In this document: positions 40,510 to 52,987 of the stretch, in pieces
Layout: every line of letters starts with the position of its first letter
Numbering within the stretch: position 1 is the first letter of the stretch
NCBI RefSeq assembly: GCF_006345805.1
Contig: NW_021833720.1
Span: 1-55,669 of the forward strand
Reading direction: 5' to 3'
From: Octopus sinensis
Taxonomy: Eukaryota
Length of the DNA: 55,669 nt
Program-made: the position numbers and the translations under genes
The notes under the pieces: generated by a model
Seen by the model: the letters and a program-made list of their open reading frames with translations, nothing else
Databases searched by the model: none
What the model was told of the DNA's origin: nothing

Positions 40510-40575
40510 CGACGGGCTTCTTTCAGTTTCCGTCTACCAAATCCACTCACAAGGATTTGGTCGGTCTGAAGCCAT
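39905..40575 (-). mobile_element. SINE family A split at its internal (TA)n by element C
   Basis: The 3' half lies at 39905-40095 and the remnant of the 5' half at 40507-40575, on either side of 40179-40463. Confidence 0.8.
40179..40463. mobile_element. Palindromic hammerhead-bearing element C (same family as B)
   Basis: Arms 40258-40354 and 40369-40463 with a 14-nt spacer. Same accggagtaaa terminus as 22255. HHR motifs at 40284-40321 (-) and 40402-40439 (+). Confidence 0.8.
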
Positions 40576-41399
40576 CAGGAGAGAATGCACATCATTTGGG
40601 GGCCTTCCAGCCTCCATCACTTATGTATGTATGTATGTATGTATGTATGTATGTATGTATGTATGTATGCATGTACGTACGTATACATGTCTGTATATGT
40701 ATGTGTCTGTATATGTATGCATTCAAACAAGGTACTCCATACTGCTAATTAAAACAAATGTGGCAGTTATAATTCATATGTCCTTTATTTCAATTAATTA
40801 GATATGCAAATGAATGAATGAATAAATAAATTACTAAACTAGAAAAGCACTCAGAGAGCACAGATCTCTGCCAACCAGCTCATTTCCACCCATAAACACG
40901 CCTGCTGAAAATCACCCAATTTCCCAAACGAACGTCGGCAAAAACATAACCTCCTTGGCGGGGGTAAAAAAAATACAGGCATATGATTTTAAGAAAAAAA
41001 ACCCTTTAAAAACAGGAATCATCTGAAGCAGTTCACAACCACCAACATCATTGTCATTGCTTCCACTTGAACCACATACACCGCTATCAATGTTATCATG
41101 ACGGTTACCTTGACAGTCACTTTTACCACCACAACCAGTACAACCACTGCAATACCACCATCACACAACTAACACTATCATCAACACCACTATTACCACC
41201 ATCACCTCAGCATCACGCATCACACTACACCTGTCGCCATTATAACCACCGATACTATATTATCCTCCTACCATACTTATCTCGACCATCGTCATCATCA
41301 ACACTGTCTCTAAACAGCAACGCCACCATAGGTTACGTGGAAACGATGTTTTTTTTTAAAAGGAGATAATCAAAGAACGTAACATAATACTTCATGTAA

Positions 41400-41620
41400 A
41401 GTAAATATAACAAATGAAAAATCCTTCATGAATCCATAAAAATTCCCGAATCATTACTAGAATTTCATCATCTGATCTTCTGTCATTACCAACTTTTCCT
41501 GCAAGTTTCACCAAATACCGTTCACAACTTTTTGAGTTATTTTGCACACAGACGGACAGACGGACAGACGGACAAACCAACACCAATGAAAACATAACCT
41601 CCTTCCTTGGCGGAGGTAAT
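41400..41620. mobile_element. HINE/DINE-1-like non-autonomous Helentron-type element
   Basis: (GACG GACA)n microsatellite followed by the subterminal hairpin acctcc-ttccttggc-ggaggt. Related ends at 40845-40968 and 50205-50430. Confidence 0.6.
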
Positions 41621-41834
41621 AATTTGATTAACTGGTTTGTCAAAGATCTCCCCTCACTGCTTGTTAAATTACTGATGATAATGTTCTTCTTGTATACTTT
41701 CTCCAAGTAAGTACACACTTTTGCTTGTGTTTGACATAAGTTTTATTCACAAGTTGCTGCATATCAGAACTGTTGTGAGACATAAACTAATGCAAAGCAT
41801 TGTTATTTTCAAATATCAGATCATATTGGTGTAC

Positions 41835-42310
41835 TATGGTGCAGCTGTGCGATAAGAAGTTTGATTCACAACCATATGGTTCTGGGTTCAATCTCACTGT
41901 GTGGAGCCTTGGCAAATGTCTTGTACTAAAGCCTCAAGTTGAACAAAGCCTTCTGAGTGGATTTGTTTAACAGAAAGCCCATCTTATATATATATATATA
42001 TGTGTATGTGTAAGTGTGTCTTTGTGTTTGATAACCAGTGTTGGTGGGTTTACAGCCCCATAACTTCTCAGTTCAGCAAGAAACCAATAGCATAAGTACA
42101 AGACTTAAACCAAAATAAGTACTGGGGTCGATTCATTGAACTAAAAATTTTCCAGTTTTACATTCTGAGTTCAAATTCCACCAAAGTCAACTTAGCCCTT
42201 CATACTTTCAGGGTCAAAAGAATATTACCAGTTGTGCATTGGGTTTTCATACAATCAACTAGGCTAAAATCCCCCAAAATTTCAGGCCTCATGCTTACAT
42301 CAGAAAAGAC
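41835..42310 (+). mobile_element. Degenerate SINE family A followed by a family B fragment
   Basis: Similarity to 2819-3225 and 1517-1735. Confidence 0.7.
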
Positions 42311-42869
42311 TATTATAGCAAACATAATGGTTTAAGATTTTCTGTTGCCACACAGTATCCTTTGTGTGAGACACCAGAGAGTGCATCTTCTGAGCGCGCA
42401 GCTCTTTCCTATATTATAAGATAACTTTGCGATATAAGAAGGAGCGCAGTACTCTTTCTTATAAATCAAGATAACCACGCAAGGTTGTCTTATATGGTGG
42501 ATCAAACAGTCTGAGGCTTTTTTTGTGGTGGTGGTGGTGGGGGGTTCTTCTGTTGTGGCATTCAGCATATCAGCGACAATGAAGTACCGCCACAGCCGTA
42601 ACAAATATGATATGGACATCAGCAGTTGCAGTTCTCTGCAACCCAACACATGACCCCTTCTTTGTTGCAATGCTGCATAATCAATTACTGTCATTATCTT
42701 TCTTGATTACAAGTAAGTGAAAACTTCTTATAACCACAGACGGTGAATCTTTGTGGTGCTCAGTATAAAACACATTGACGGCAACGAAAGATCTCCATTT
42801 TAGTAGCTTCAGGTATGTGGAAGAAGTAGAATAAACGAGAACAGCTGTGATCCTCTTGGGCAATAATCG

Positions 42870-43190
42870 AAAGAATAAGACGGTGGATACTGAAATAACT
42901 GAAATAGGGTTCTTCCGAATAATCTTTAGAGATACGTTAACCTATTTAGTGCGTAGCCTGGACATCAGAGAAGTGTTCCAGATAGAGACTCTACTTCTCT
43001 GAATCGGGAGATCACAGCTCCAACACTATGGAAATGTGGTAAGAATGTCTCAGGAAAGAATCGATGAACAGGTTTTATGGTCAAAAACAACCGGCAGGAA
43101 TCCCAGGGGTAGACCATGAGCAATTTGTTTGGATAACATTCATGAGCTTGGTTGATCGCGTTTGGGGTTCCAGCAATTTGAGGGGAGGGG
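42870..43190 (+). mobile_element. RTE LINE C-terminal fragment
   Basis: Translation …SLDIREVFQIETLLL*IGRSQLQHYGNVVRMSQERIDEQVLWSKTTGRNPRGRP matches the RTE 'RWFGHVVRM…G.R.RGRP' region. Confidence 0.8.
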
Positions 43191-43224
43191 TAAGGCCAAT
43201 ACAAAGATTCCTGTCCTCGACTTG

Positions 43225-43707
43225 AACTCATTTATCAACCCGGAAAGGCTGAAAGGCAAAATCGGCCTCGGTGGAATTTGAACTAAAAACATGAAGGGCA
43301 AAATGCCCAGTATGCTAACAGTTCCTCCAGCTCACTTGAATTTTGTGGGGAGGAAAATAGTCGATCACATCGACCCTAGTACCCAACTGGCACTTAATTT
43401 ATCGACCCTGAAAGGATGAAAGACAAAGTCGACCTCGGCGGAATTTGAACTCACAACGTAACGGCAGACGAAATAGCTATTTCTTTACTACCCACAAGGG
43501 GCTAAACACAGAGAGGACAAACTTGGACAGACAAACGGATTAAGTCGATTATATCGAGCCCAGTGCGTAACTGGTACTTATGTAATCGACCCCGAAAGGA
43601 TGAAAGGCAAAGGCGACCTCGGCGGAATTTGAACTCAGAACGTAACAGCAGACGAAATACGGCTACGCATTTCGCCCGGCGTGCTAACGTTTCTGCCAGC
43701 TCGCCGC
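43225..43707 (-). mobile_element. Three stacked SINE family B copies (the last is full-length and CpG-rich)
   Basis: gaaaggatgaaaggcaaagtcgacctcggcggaatttgaactc occurs three times. Confidence 0.88.
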
Positions 43708-43748
43708 CTTTATATCACTGTTTTGTATTGGTAAACGAATAGGTATGC

Positions 43749-43780
<32 letters not shown>

Positions 43781-43904
43781 GCACGCACGCACACACACAC
43801 ACACACACGCACACACGCACACACACACACACACACATACACACGCACACACACACAGCCCGACGTATGTAAATGCATACATTATATATTTAATATTTAT
43901 CGTA

Positions 43905-45120
43905 TGAATTTGTGTCCTGTCGTGTGTGTGCGCGTGTAGCGTTTATGTATGAAATTCATTCAAGAATATCTCGTCTATTCCAGACATTTCTATATTTCTT
44001 CATATTGTTGTTATGACGTCACAATATCGGAAACGTTTCTCCAAGGCCTTTGCTTCTACTAATTTTCAGTCTCTTTCAACATTTCACGGTGATTAGAGGC
44101 TAGGGAATGTGTGCGCCGGGGGACGCATCCAAACACCCGAAGAGTCATCTTCACCTTGTTTTTGGTGTTTGTGGGGTGAATTTCAACAGACCCTTACAGG
44201 TGTGCCCTCCACACAATTGTTTTCTCATCACTTTCTGTAAAAAATGGATACTGATTTAGGAAAATATTCTACAAATACCTCTCAGATAGCGTACATTACC
44301 ACTATATCAGAATTTAATGTAAAGAAAAAGAGGTCGTGCATACATATATATATTGACACACATCACAACTTTTTTTCAAAATTTCAATTTTCCATTTTGT
44401 GGATATATATATATTATATATATATATTATATATATATATATTATATATATATATATATGTTGTGTGTTAGTTTATATGTGTGTACGTCCGCGAATTTTC
44501 TCATTTTTTTTCATATTGAATTCTGATATAATCGTATTCTACACCATCTGAGAGGAATTTGTAGAAAATTCCATTAAGAATCAAACCATTTTTCTGGAAG
44601 TTATCGGGAAACAAAGTCGGAGACACATTTGTATGGGTCTGCCGTTTTATGCACATTTGAGTTCTTAAACACCCTCTGTAACATGCTGGTTGGTACCATA
44701 ACATAGTTACAAGATGTCCGGTATTTTTCCTGCAACCGTATGAACTCTTAGCCAGGCAATTTCAGGACAGGTAACCTGGAGGTTCCAACCAGAAACGACA
44801 CTTCACCCTCGATGTTTTCACACAGAATATTTCAACGTAAACAATCGTGTGACTGTAAGGGAATCTGATAGTAAGGATACGCAAATAAAAATCGTACATG
44901 AAATATTCCTTTCTATTCTACGAACAAGGCTTGAAATTTGGTGGGGTGAGTAGTCGATCATATTGAACCCAATGCATCACTGGCACCTGTTTTATCAATA
45001 TCAAAAGGATCAAGGGAACTATCGACTCCGGCGGAATTTGAACTCAAAACATGAAGACGGAAGAAGTGCCACTAAGCAGTTTGCTCGGCGTGCTAACGAT
45101 TCTGCCTGCATGGTGCCTTT
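43905..45120. repeat. Diverged local segmental duplication, copy 1 (copy 2 at 46145-47650; partial copy 3 at 48257-48410)
   Basis: Colinear shared blocks, including gattagaggctagggaatgtgtg…, cacatttgagttcttaaacaccctctgtaacatgc and a terminal SINE B. Confidence 0.88.
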
Positions 45121-45315
45121 ATATCTCTATATATTGACAGACAGACAGATAGGCAAGACACACATACATACACACATTAATGTAATTGTATACATTATAT
45201 ATGTATATATTTTTTGGTAAAAACGGTAAGATAACAAAAGAAAGAAAGAGACCTCAATATTATGTAAATAGAGGAAATTCATCTGTAAAATAATCTGACA
45301 ATTATTCAATAGCCA

Positions 45316-45378
45316 AGATAAAACTCTGAGTTTCGGATGCCGAGGTGGAAATCTACAACACCATCTCTTCGGTTATCT
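45316..45378 (-). ncRNA. Type I hammerhead-like motif with non-canonical core (CCGAAGA)
   Basis: On the minus strand: stem I agataa/ttatct; CCGAAGA; stem II gatg…catc; GAAA; stem III actc-a-gagt (identical to elements B/C); GUU site. Confidence 0.5.
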
Positions 45379-46597
45379 GACCATCTGAAAAACGCATATA
45401 TATACAAACTCATACACACACACACGTACCGTAAAGGTTCATACATACGTCTCTATACGCACAAGCACAAGAAAAAACATGATTAAAGGTAACAATACAG
45501 AAAAAACAACAATACAGAAAAAACATAAGGAAGTATACAAAGCGTAAAACCACGTTCATATACAGACATGCCCTTATGCACGCATACGCACACACGCCCA
45601 TATATGTACATACCTGCACATGTTTATATACGCATATACACATACGCATACACAAAAAAGGATTATACATACGTCCCCAAAAAAACTGAAAAAATTGTAA
45701 AAATTCTAAGTAAAAACGTCTATATAAATATGTATTCTTATGCCCGCACACACGCACACATCTATATACATACATACCCGCCCATTCATACATATTCACA
45801 CACGCGTACAAATGAATCTATATACACGTCTATATAGGCATAAGAAAAAATGCACGATGGAAGAGTACAGAAAAAATTATTATGTGTAAAAATATAAAAA
45901 TATATGAAAATATAAAAGGTATAATGCGATAAAAAACGTTTTGGGACATAATATAGAAAGCAAGTTCTATCTGTATTCTTGGGGGACCAAAAACGTAACA
46001 AAAATTTTGTCACATATGAGCATGATCCGAAAAGTTCTGTCCTTGAGTTCAGACATGTAGTATGGTCTAAGCTGCTTTTCCAGATAAGCCATCTCTCCAT
46101 GTCGCATAGACCGAACTTTCCGCTGCCGTTGGTGTAGGGCTTTGTAAATTTGTGTGTGCGTGAGTGTGTAGCGTCTACGTGTGAAATTCATTCAAGAATT
46201 TCTTGTCTGGTCCACACATCTCTATATTTCTTCATATTGTCATTATGACGTCATAATACCACTAAAGTTTTCTCTAAAGCTTTCGTTTAAAATATTTTTC
46301 AGTCTCTTTCAACCTTTCACGGTGATTAGAGGCTAGGGAATGTGTGTGCCGGGGGACGTATCCAAACACCTGAAGACTAGAGTGAAGTCAGAGTCATCTT
46401 CACCTTGTTTTTGGTGTTTGTGGGGATAATTTCAGCAGACCCTTACATATGTGCCCTCCACACAATTGTTTCCTCAATAACATTCAGGAAAAAAATGGAT
46501 ACCGTTTAAGGAAAATATTCTACAAATGCCTCTCAGATAGCGTACATTACCACTATATTGAATTTAATGTAAGAAAAAAAAAATAGATGTCGCGCAA

Positions 46598-46636
<39 letters not shown>

Positions 46637-46639
46637 ATA

Positions 46640-46919
46640 TACGTTTAAATATTTGTTGTGCAAGATTTTTTATGTGAAGTCGTGTGTTGAAACAGATATT
46701 GTTATATTTCGGAATGGTCATTTTGCCAGTTTAGCCAATAAAAACACACGCACTATATATTTGGTGTTACTTTGCTTCAGTGTTATTTATTTTTTTTATT
46801 TTTTACGAAATAAGATTAGGATTAATGTAAAAAATAAATAACACTGAAGCAAGTAACACCAAATATATAGTGCGTGTGTTTTTATTGGCTAAACTGGCAA
46901 AATGACCATTCCGAAATAT

Positions 46920-46927
<8 letters not shown>
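46640..46927. mobile_element. Palindromic element H inserted in (TA)n, with a hammerhead-like motif
   Basis: Arms ~46696-46793 and ~46830-46927. It is absent from the paralogous segment near 44350, so it is an insertion. Confidence 0.7.
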
Positions 46928-46967
<40 letters not shown>

Positions 46968-47858
46968 TGACACACATCACTTATTTTCAAAATCTCAATT
47001 TTCATTTTGTGGATATGTGTGTCAGTATATATGTGCGTACGTCCGCGAATTTTCTAATTTTTTTTCGCATTAAATTCCGATATAATCGTATTCTACACTA
47101 TCAGAGAGGTATTTCTAGAACATTTCATAAAAATTATACCCATTAACAGGAAACAAAGTCGGGTATGCATTCGCATGGGTCTGCTGTTTTATGCACATTT
47201 GAGTTCTTAAACACCCTCTGTAACATGCTGGTTGGCACCATAACATAGTTACAAGGTGTCTGGTATTGTTCCTGCACCCGTATGAACTCTTAGCCGGGCA
47301 ATTTCAGGACAGGTAACCTGGAGGTTCCGACCAGAAACGATACTTTACTCTCGATATATTCACACAGGATATTTCATTGTAAAAAATCGTGTTGCTGTAA
47401 ATGAATCTGATAGTAAGGATCGGTAAATGAAAACCATACATGAATTATTCCTTTCTATTCTAGGAACAAGGCTTCAAATTTGGTGGGGTGAGTAGTCGAT
47501 CATATTCAACTCAAATCTTGAGTGGCGCTTATTATATCAACAACAAATGGATCTAGGGAACAATCGACCTAGGCAGAATTTGAACTCAGACTGCAAAAGG
47601 AGACCAAATGCCACCGGCATGCTAACCATTCTGCTACTCTCTGCCTTATCAACACGAAATAAAAGTTACTCAACGTATAGTCCACAGGTACATGTAAATA
47701 GCAGGGTTATAAACACGGTAAGCGGTGAAATAAGATACGAGTTTACTGTTCTGAAATGTATGATGATATTTTCTTGATATTTCTGTTATAATAAACGCGA
47801 AATGTTTTCTATCTGCGACACCTGTGTCACAGTCTACATTTTAGCCACGCAATGGATA

Positions 47859-48252
47859 TTTTCACTTTGACCGGCAGATTTAAAAATAATTTTTTTGTAA
47901 CTAAACACTTTTAAACTTCGTATACCGGTAGAATGTGTCACATAAAACATCTTTTTCTCTTGGCGTTCTTGAGAAAATTCTGTAGTTTGTAGGCTATTTG
48001 TTGTTAAATTTCTCGTATTTCGGCAATTTCAACCAATCAATGATGTCTATTGAAGTGAATACAATTACTGCTGTTGTCCTAAAATTGCCGAAATACGAGA
48101 AATTTAACAACAAATAGCTTACAAACTACAGAATTTTCTCAAGAACGCCAAGAGAAAAATATGTTTTATGTGACACATTCTACCAGTATACGAAGTTTAA
48201 AAGTGTTTAGTTTCAAAAAATTATTTTTAAAATCTGCCAGTCAAAGTAAAAA
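47859..48252. mobile_element. Foldback MITE with ~170-bp TIRs
   Basis: Arms 47859-48029 and 48082-48252 differ mostly by substitutions. About 52-bp spacer; no ORF and no HHR core. Confidence 0.8.
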
Positions 48253-48494
48253 GATCCCAAGGCAATTTTAGGACAGGAAACCTGTAGGTTCCAACCAGAA
48301 ACGATACTTTACTCTCGATATATTCACACAGAATATTTCATTGTAAACAATTGTGTGACTGTAAAGAGAATCTGACATTGAATAACAATAAAAAATGATG
48401 AACATGAAATATTGATCCTTAAACATATAATTATGCGTATTTCAAGTATATTTGTAGGTATTTTATTAAAGCGTAGGTTTGTTGTTATCAAAAT

Positions 48495-49128
48495 GTTTCT
48501 TTTATTCTTTCATTTGTTCCACTCATGTGACTGCGGCCATGCTGGAGCACCGCCTTATAGGGTTTTAATCGAACAATCGACACTAGGACTTTTTTTTATA
48601 ATCTAGTATTTATTCTATCCCTTTCTATTGCCGAACTGCTACAGTATAGGAACACACTAGCCCCGGTTATCAAGCGGTGGTTGGGGGACAAATACAGACA
48701 CACACATACTCACCTCGCCCGATGTATATATATATATATATGATGCTCTTGTCTTAGTTTTTCCTTTGGGCTGGCCAGATTGGAGCAATCTCGAGTATAA
48801 CCAGCCAAAATTGCAAAGATGATCTGGAACTCGACTGAGAAAAAGGAAACTCCGAATGACCCGTCCTTGTTTTCTTTGTATCGTCTATCTGGATGTGTTG
48901 TTTCTTTTTGTATCACCTAACTGTCTGGATGTTTTGCGTTTTTGTCCCATTTTGTATTGTATATACGACGGACTTCTTTCAGTTTCCGTCTACCAAATCC
49001 AATCACTAGGTTTTGGTCGGTCTGAAGCTATAGTAGAAGACACTTGGCCAAAGTACCATGCAGTGGGACTGAAATCGGTAACATGTGGTTGCGAAGCAAG
49101 CTTCTTATCACACCGCCACCACTGCACC
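48495..49128 (-). mobile_element. SINE family A split at its internal (TA)n by a ~240-bp unrelated insert (48720-48960)
   Basis: The 3' half lies at 48495-48710 and the 5' half at 48962-49128. Confidence 0.75.
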
Positions 49129-49500
49129 TATATTTTCTAGATATTTCTGTAGTAAAGCAAAGAAGTTTGTTCAGTGTATGTAGTTTGTCGGTCGGTCTCC
49201 TTCAATTTCTCTATCTTATAGTGGTCTTCACGCACGCACACACACATATACACACACATACACAAACACACACACGTATGCACGCTCACACACATACTCA
49301 CTCTTACTCTCTCTCACCCTCTAACCTCTCGGTTTTTCTCTTTCCTTCTCTAATTTTCGATATTCATTTCTCACTCTGTCTTTCCCCACCCTCTTACTCT
49401 CTCACAAAATTCTGAATACATACACACAAATATAAGTGCATACATACGAGAACCCGTACGAACGTATGTCTTAACATTCATGCGTAACCCGGCCTTGCTT

Positions 49501-49540
<40 letters not shown>

Positions 49541-49721
49541 GCACCCACACACACACACACGTGCGCACGCACCCACACATACACACGCATATAGTATGAA
49601 CTTTCTTAAAGTTTCTTATATTTTCATCTTTAATAATCTACTTTAATTGTCCGATGCCGTTGCTCTCCTCCCTGCTTACCTTCCAGCTTCTCCTGTCTAC
49701 TCTTATACATGAAGCATATAC

Positions 49722-49907
49722 CAGCGCAGGAGTGACTGTGTGGTAAGTAGCTTGCTTACCAGCCACATCGTTCCGGGTTCAGTCCCACTGCGTGGCACCT
49801 TGGACAAGTGTCTTCTACTATAGTCTCGGGCCAACCAAAGCCTCGTGAGTGGATTTGGTAGATGGAAACTGAAAGAAGCCCGTCGTATGTGTATATATAT
49901 ATGTATA

Positions 49908-49977
<70 letters not shown>

Positions 49978-50180
49978 ATATATATATATATATATGTATA
50001 TGTTTGTGTGTCAGTGTTTGTCCCCCAACATCGATTGCTGGTGTGTTAAGAGACCAATAGAATAAGTACTAGGCTTACAAAGAATAAGTCCTGGGGTAAG
50101 TTTGCTCGACTAAAGGCGGTGCTCCAGCATGGCTGCAGTCAAATGACTGAAAAAAGTAAAAGAGTAAAGAGTAAAAGAGT
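49722..50180 (+). mobile_element. SINE family A, full-length and relatively young
   Basis: gcgcaggagtgactgtgtggtaag head, internal (TA)n, agtaaaagagtaaagag tail. Confidence 0.92.
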
Positions 50181-51674
50181 ATACCTTGGATACATAAGTG
50201 AGAATACTAAAAATGAACACAACTGCTCTCAAAAATTAAGTAAAATAAAAAATAAAAAATAATCCAGAATCCTTGTCTAGTACCAGATTGATCCCAAAAT
50301 CTAATCAGTTAATGCCAATCACAAAAGCAAACATCTCTGAAAGTTTCATTCGAATCCATCAAACAAACAAACAAACACAACTGAAAACAATACCTCTGCC
50401 TTCGCTAAGGAGGAGACAATAATAAGGTAAAACAATATATATATATAATAAGAGAAGAAATATTTGTAAAGATTACATAATATAATATAATATACACACA
50501 CACATACATTATAAAGCAATGATGATTATTGCACTAAATGAAACAGTTGAAGTGGGCTAAAGATCACATACGTGTTAGCTAATGCTACAATGTCTGTGAC
50601 CTGTCATTACCCTTAACACATAAATATAATGTCAATACATTTGAATAAAAAATAAAGGGACCACAATTACTACAATGCTCACTACTAAAACCACACAGTA
50701 TGGAAATATTTCATTAATAAAAGGGTTTAGGAATTAAGGTTTAGGGTGAGTGTTAGGTTTAGCTTTAAGGGCATTATTAAAAAGAAAAAAAAATCTCATA
50801 CTCTTACCTGTAAATACTGATTGACCAGTGAGTGAGTCAGGTGCAGTAAAATGTGGACAGTGATTTGAAAATTGGAAATGTGACATGGTAAAGGACTGAG
50901 GACATATGAGAGTAAATGGAGGTGAGTATATGGTGATGGTAGGGAGAGATGTTGAGAGTGGCTTGAAGTGATGATTAAGTGTTTTTCTTGGGTGTATGTT
51001 TGTAGGGGATGGTTGTGAATGAGTCACTCTATCTATTACTCTGTGTATGTGTGTGTGTGCGTTAGCTGTTTGGTAAATTGAATCGGGATCAAGTGAACCA
51101 GTATTTAATTGGGACTCGATGTGTGTTGTTTAGTGTATTGCAGAGTACAGTTATTAAATTTCATTAATAAAGATTAATAGAAAAAATTACTGACATAGTA
51201 ATCTCCTCGTCTCCTATCATGGAGCTGAACTAGCATAACCAAACCACAACCACTAACACCAACACCACCACCAACACCAGCACCATAACCCACCACCACC
51301 ACCACACCCTGCAACCAACACTTCTACCACCACCACCAAATCACCACCTCTACCTCCAGGGTACATAGTCCTGCAAACTGCAAGTCGACCTCAAAATTAT
51401 AGGTGGTACAAAAAAAAGGCATCTTCTCCATTCTGTAAACTGGTTGGCATTAGGAAGGGCATCTAGCCATAGAAACCATGCCAAGGCTGACAATGGAACA
51501 CAATGCAGCTCTTGGACTCATTGGATTCTACCAAACCGTCCAACCCTGTTTACATCACCATATTTATATATATATATATATATATCAATATATATTTATA
51601 TATATACATATATATAATATATATATATAGGTAATTTACACATGAAATTAATTATTATATATATATAATATATA

Positions 51675-51711
<37 letters not shown>

Positions 51712-51716
<5 letters not shown>

Positions 51717-52720
51717 TCATCATCATCATTTAACGTTCATTGTCCATGTTGGCATGGGTTGGCCAGTTTGACTGAGCTTGCATGCTAGAAGGCTGCACCA
51801 GACCCCAGCCTGATTTGGCATAGTTTTGTATGGTTGGATGCCTTTCCTAACACCAACCACTCTGAGAGTGTAATGGGTACTTTTACATACCACCTGCATG
51901 AGTGCCATTTACATGACATTGAGATGTGTTTACGTGCCAATTTGTGTGACACCGGTGTTTGCCTCATCTCCGATTTTGCTCGGCTTCATGGGTCTTCTTC
52001 TCAAGCACAACATAATGCGAAAAGTCTTGGTCATTGCCTCTGTGATGTCCAACACTTGAAAGGAACTCAGCCACTTTGTTCTTTGAGGCCCAACTCTCAA
52101 AAGGAACTCAGCCATCTTGCCTCTGTGAGGCCTAATGCCCAAAAGATTCAGCCACTTAGCACCTGTGAGGCTCAATATTCAAAAGATATACTTTATGTAC
52201 CACCAGCACAGGTGCACTTGGGCTTGACGGATCCTCTCAAGCATGCACATCACCAAAGGTCTTGGTGACTAGTCATTGCCACTGTGAAGATCAAATTTCA
52301 AAGATCATACTTCACCACCTCATCCCATGTCTTCTTGGGTCTACCTCTACCACAGGGTCCCTCCACATTTAGAGATCAGCACTTCTTTACACAACTGTCC
52401 TCATCCATAAGCATCACATGAACATGCCATCACAGTCATCTCTCTTGCACACTATATCTGATTCCTCTTATGCCTAACTTTTCTCTCAGAGATGCTTACA
52501 CTTTGTTGAACATGCACACTAACATTGCACATCCATCGAAGCATAGTGGCTTATCCCCAACAAGTTAATACTAGATCTCCCAACAATAATGCAAACTTCA
52601 TATAATCAAGGTAACCTTGACTTGAAGTTTACCCTTTGTTTGGATAATTTACTACTTCCAAGGTTCTGCAAGCAATGAAACATATGCAACATAGATGTTA
52701 TCTACCCTATTCCCTAAATT
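51712..52720 (-). mobile_element. RTE LINE 3' end continuous with the family C sequence and (GAT)n tail
   Basis: Minus strand 52260-52560 reads MLRWMCNVSVHV…(frameshifted) HVMLMDEDSCVKKC…GRGRPKKTWDEVVK, then the family C 3' region ending in (CAT)n at 51712. Confidence 0.82.
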
Positions 52721-52945
52721 TTGGATGTTTATTTGCATATACCACAGCCACTGTTGTTAACCGTGAACTATAAAATTAACTTTTACCAGTTTATCATACT
52801 TCGATACGTGAAAAATTCATAACCTTTTGCACTAATAAACCACTATTGTTCCTGAAAGTTGTTTTTTTATATATATATTCTATGGATTGCTTGAAGTTCA
52901 TTAACTTCCTACAACTTGATCCTTGCATCTTACTTTTACATGTGG

Positions 52946-52985
<40 letters not shown>

Positions 52986-52987
<2 letters not shown>

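Noticed and set aside
42332-42694. 120-aa minus-strand ORF in a CpG-richer stretch
   Set aside because: No recognisable domain, no convincing splice context, and it is adjacent to LINE and SINE debris.
44797-48360. Triplicated 77-nt minus-strand 'exon' (HTIVY.EIFCV..SRVK.RFW.EP) as mutually exclusive exons
   Set aside because: Differences between copies are mostly non-synonymous (about 8 codons changed versus 2 synonymous), the donors are weak, and conservation is no higher than in the surrounding duplicated DNA.
48720-48960. Possible HHR in the insert splitting the SINE (ctgagaaaaaggaaactccg)
   Set aside because: The core is not CUGANGA, and there is no NUH or stem I pairing.
50720-50770. 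Interstitial telomeric (TTAGGG)n
   Set aside because: Only a few degenerate ttagg-like units, not an array.
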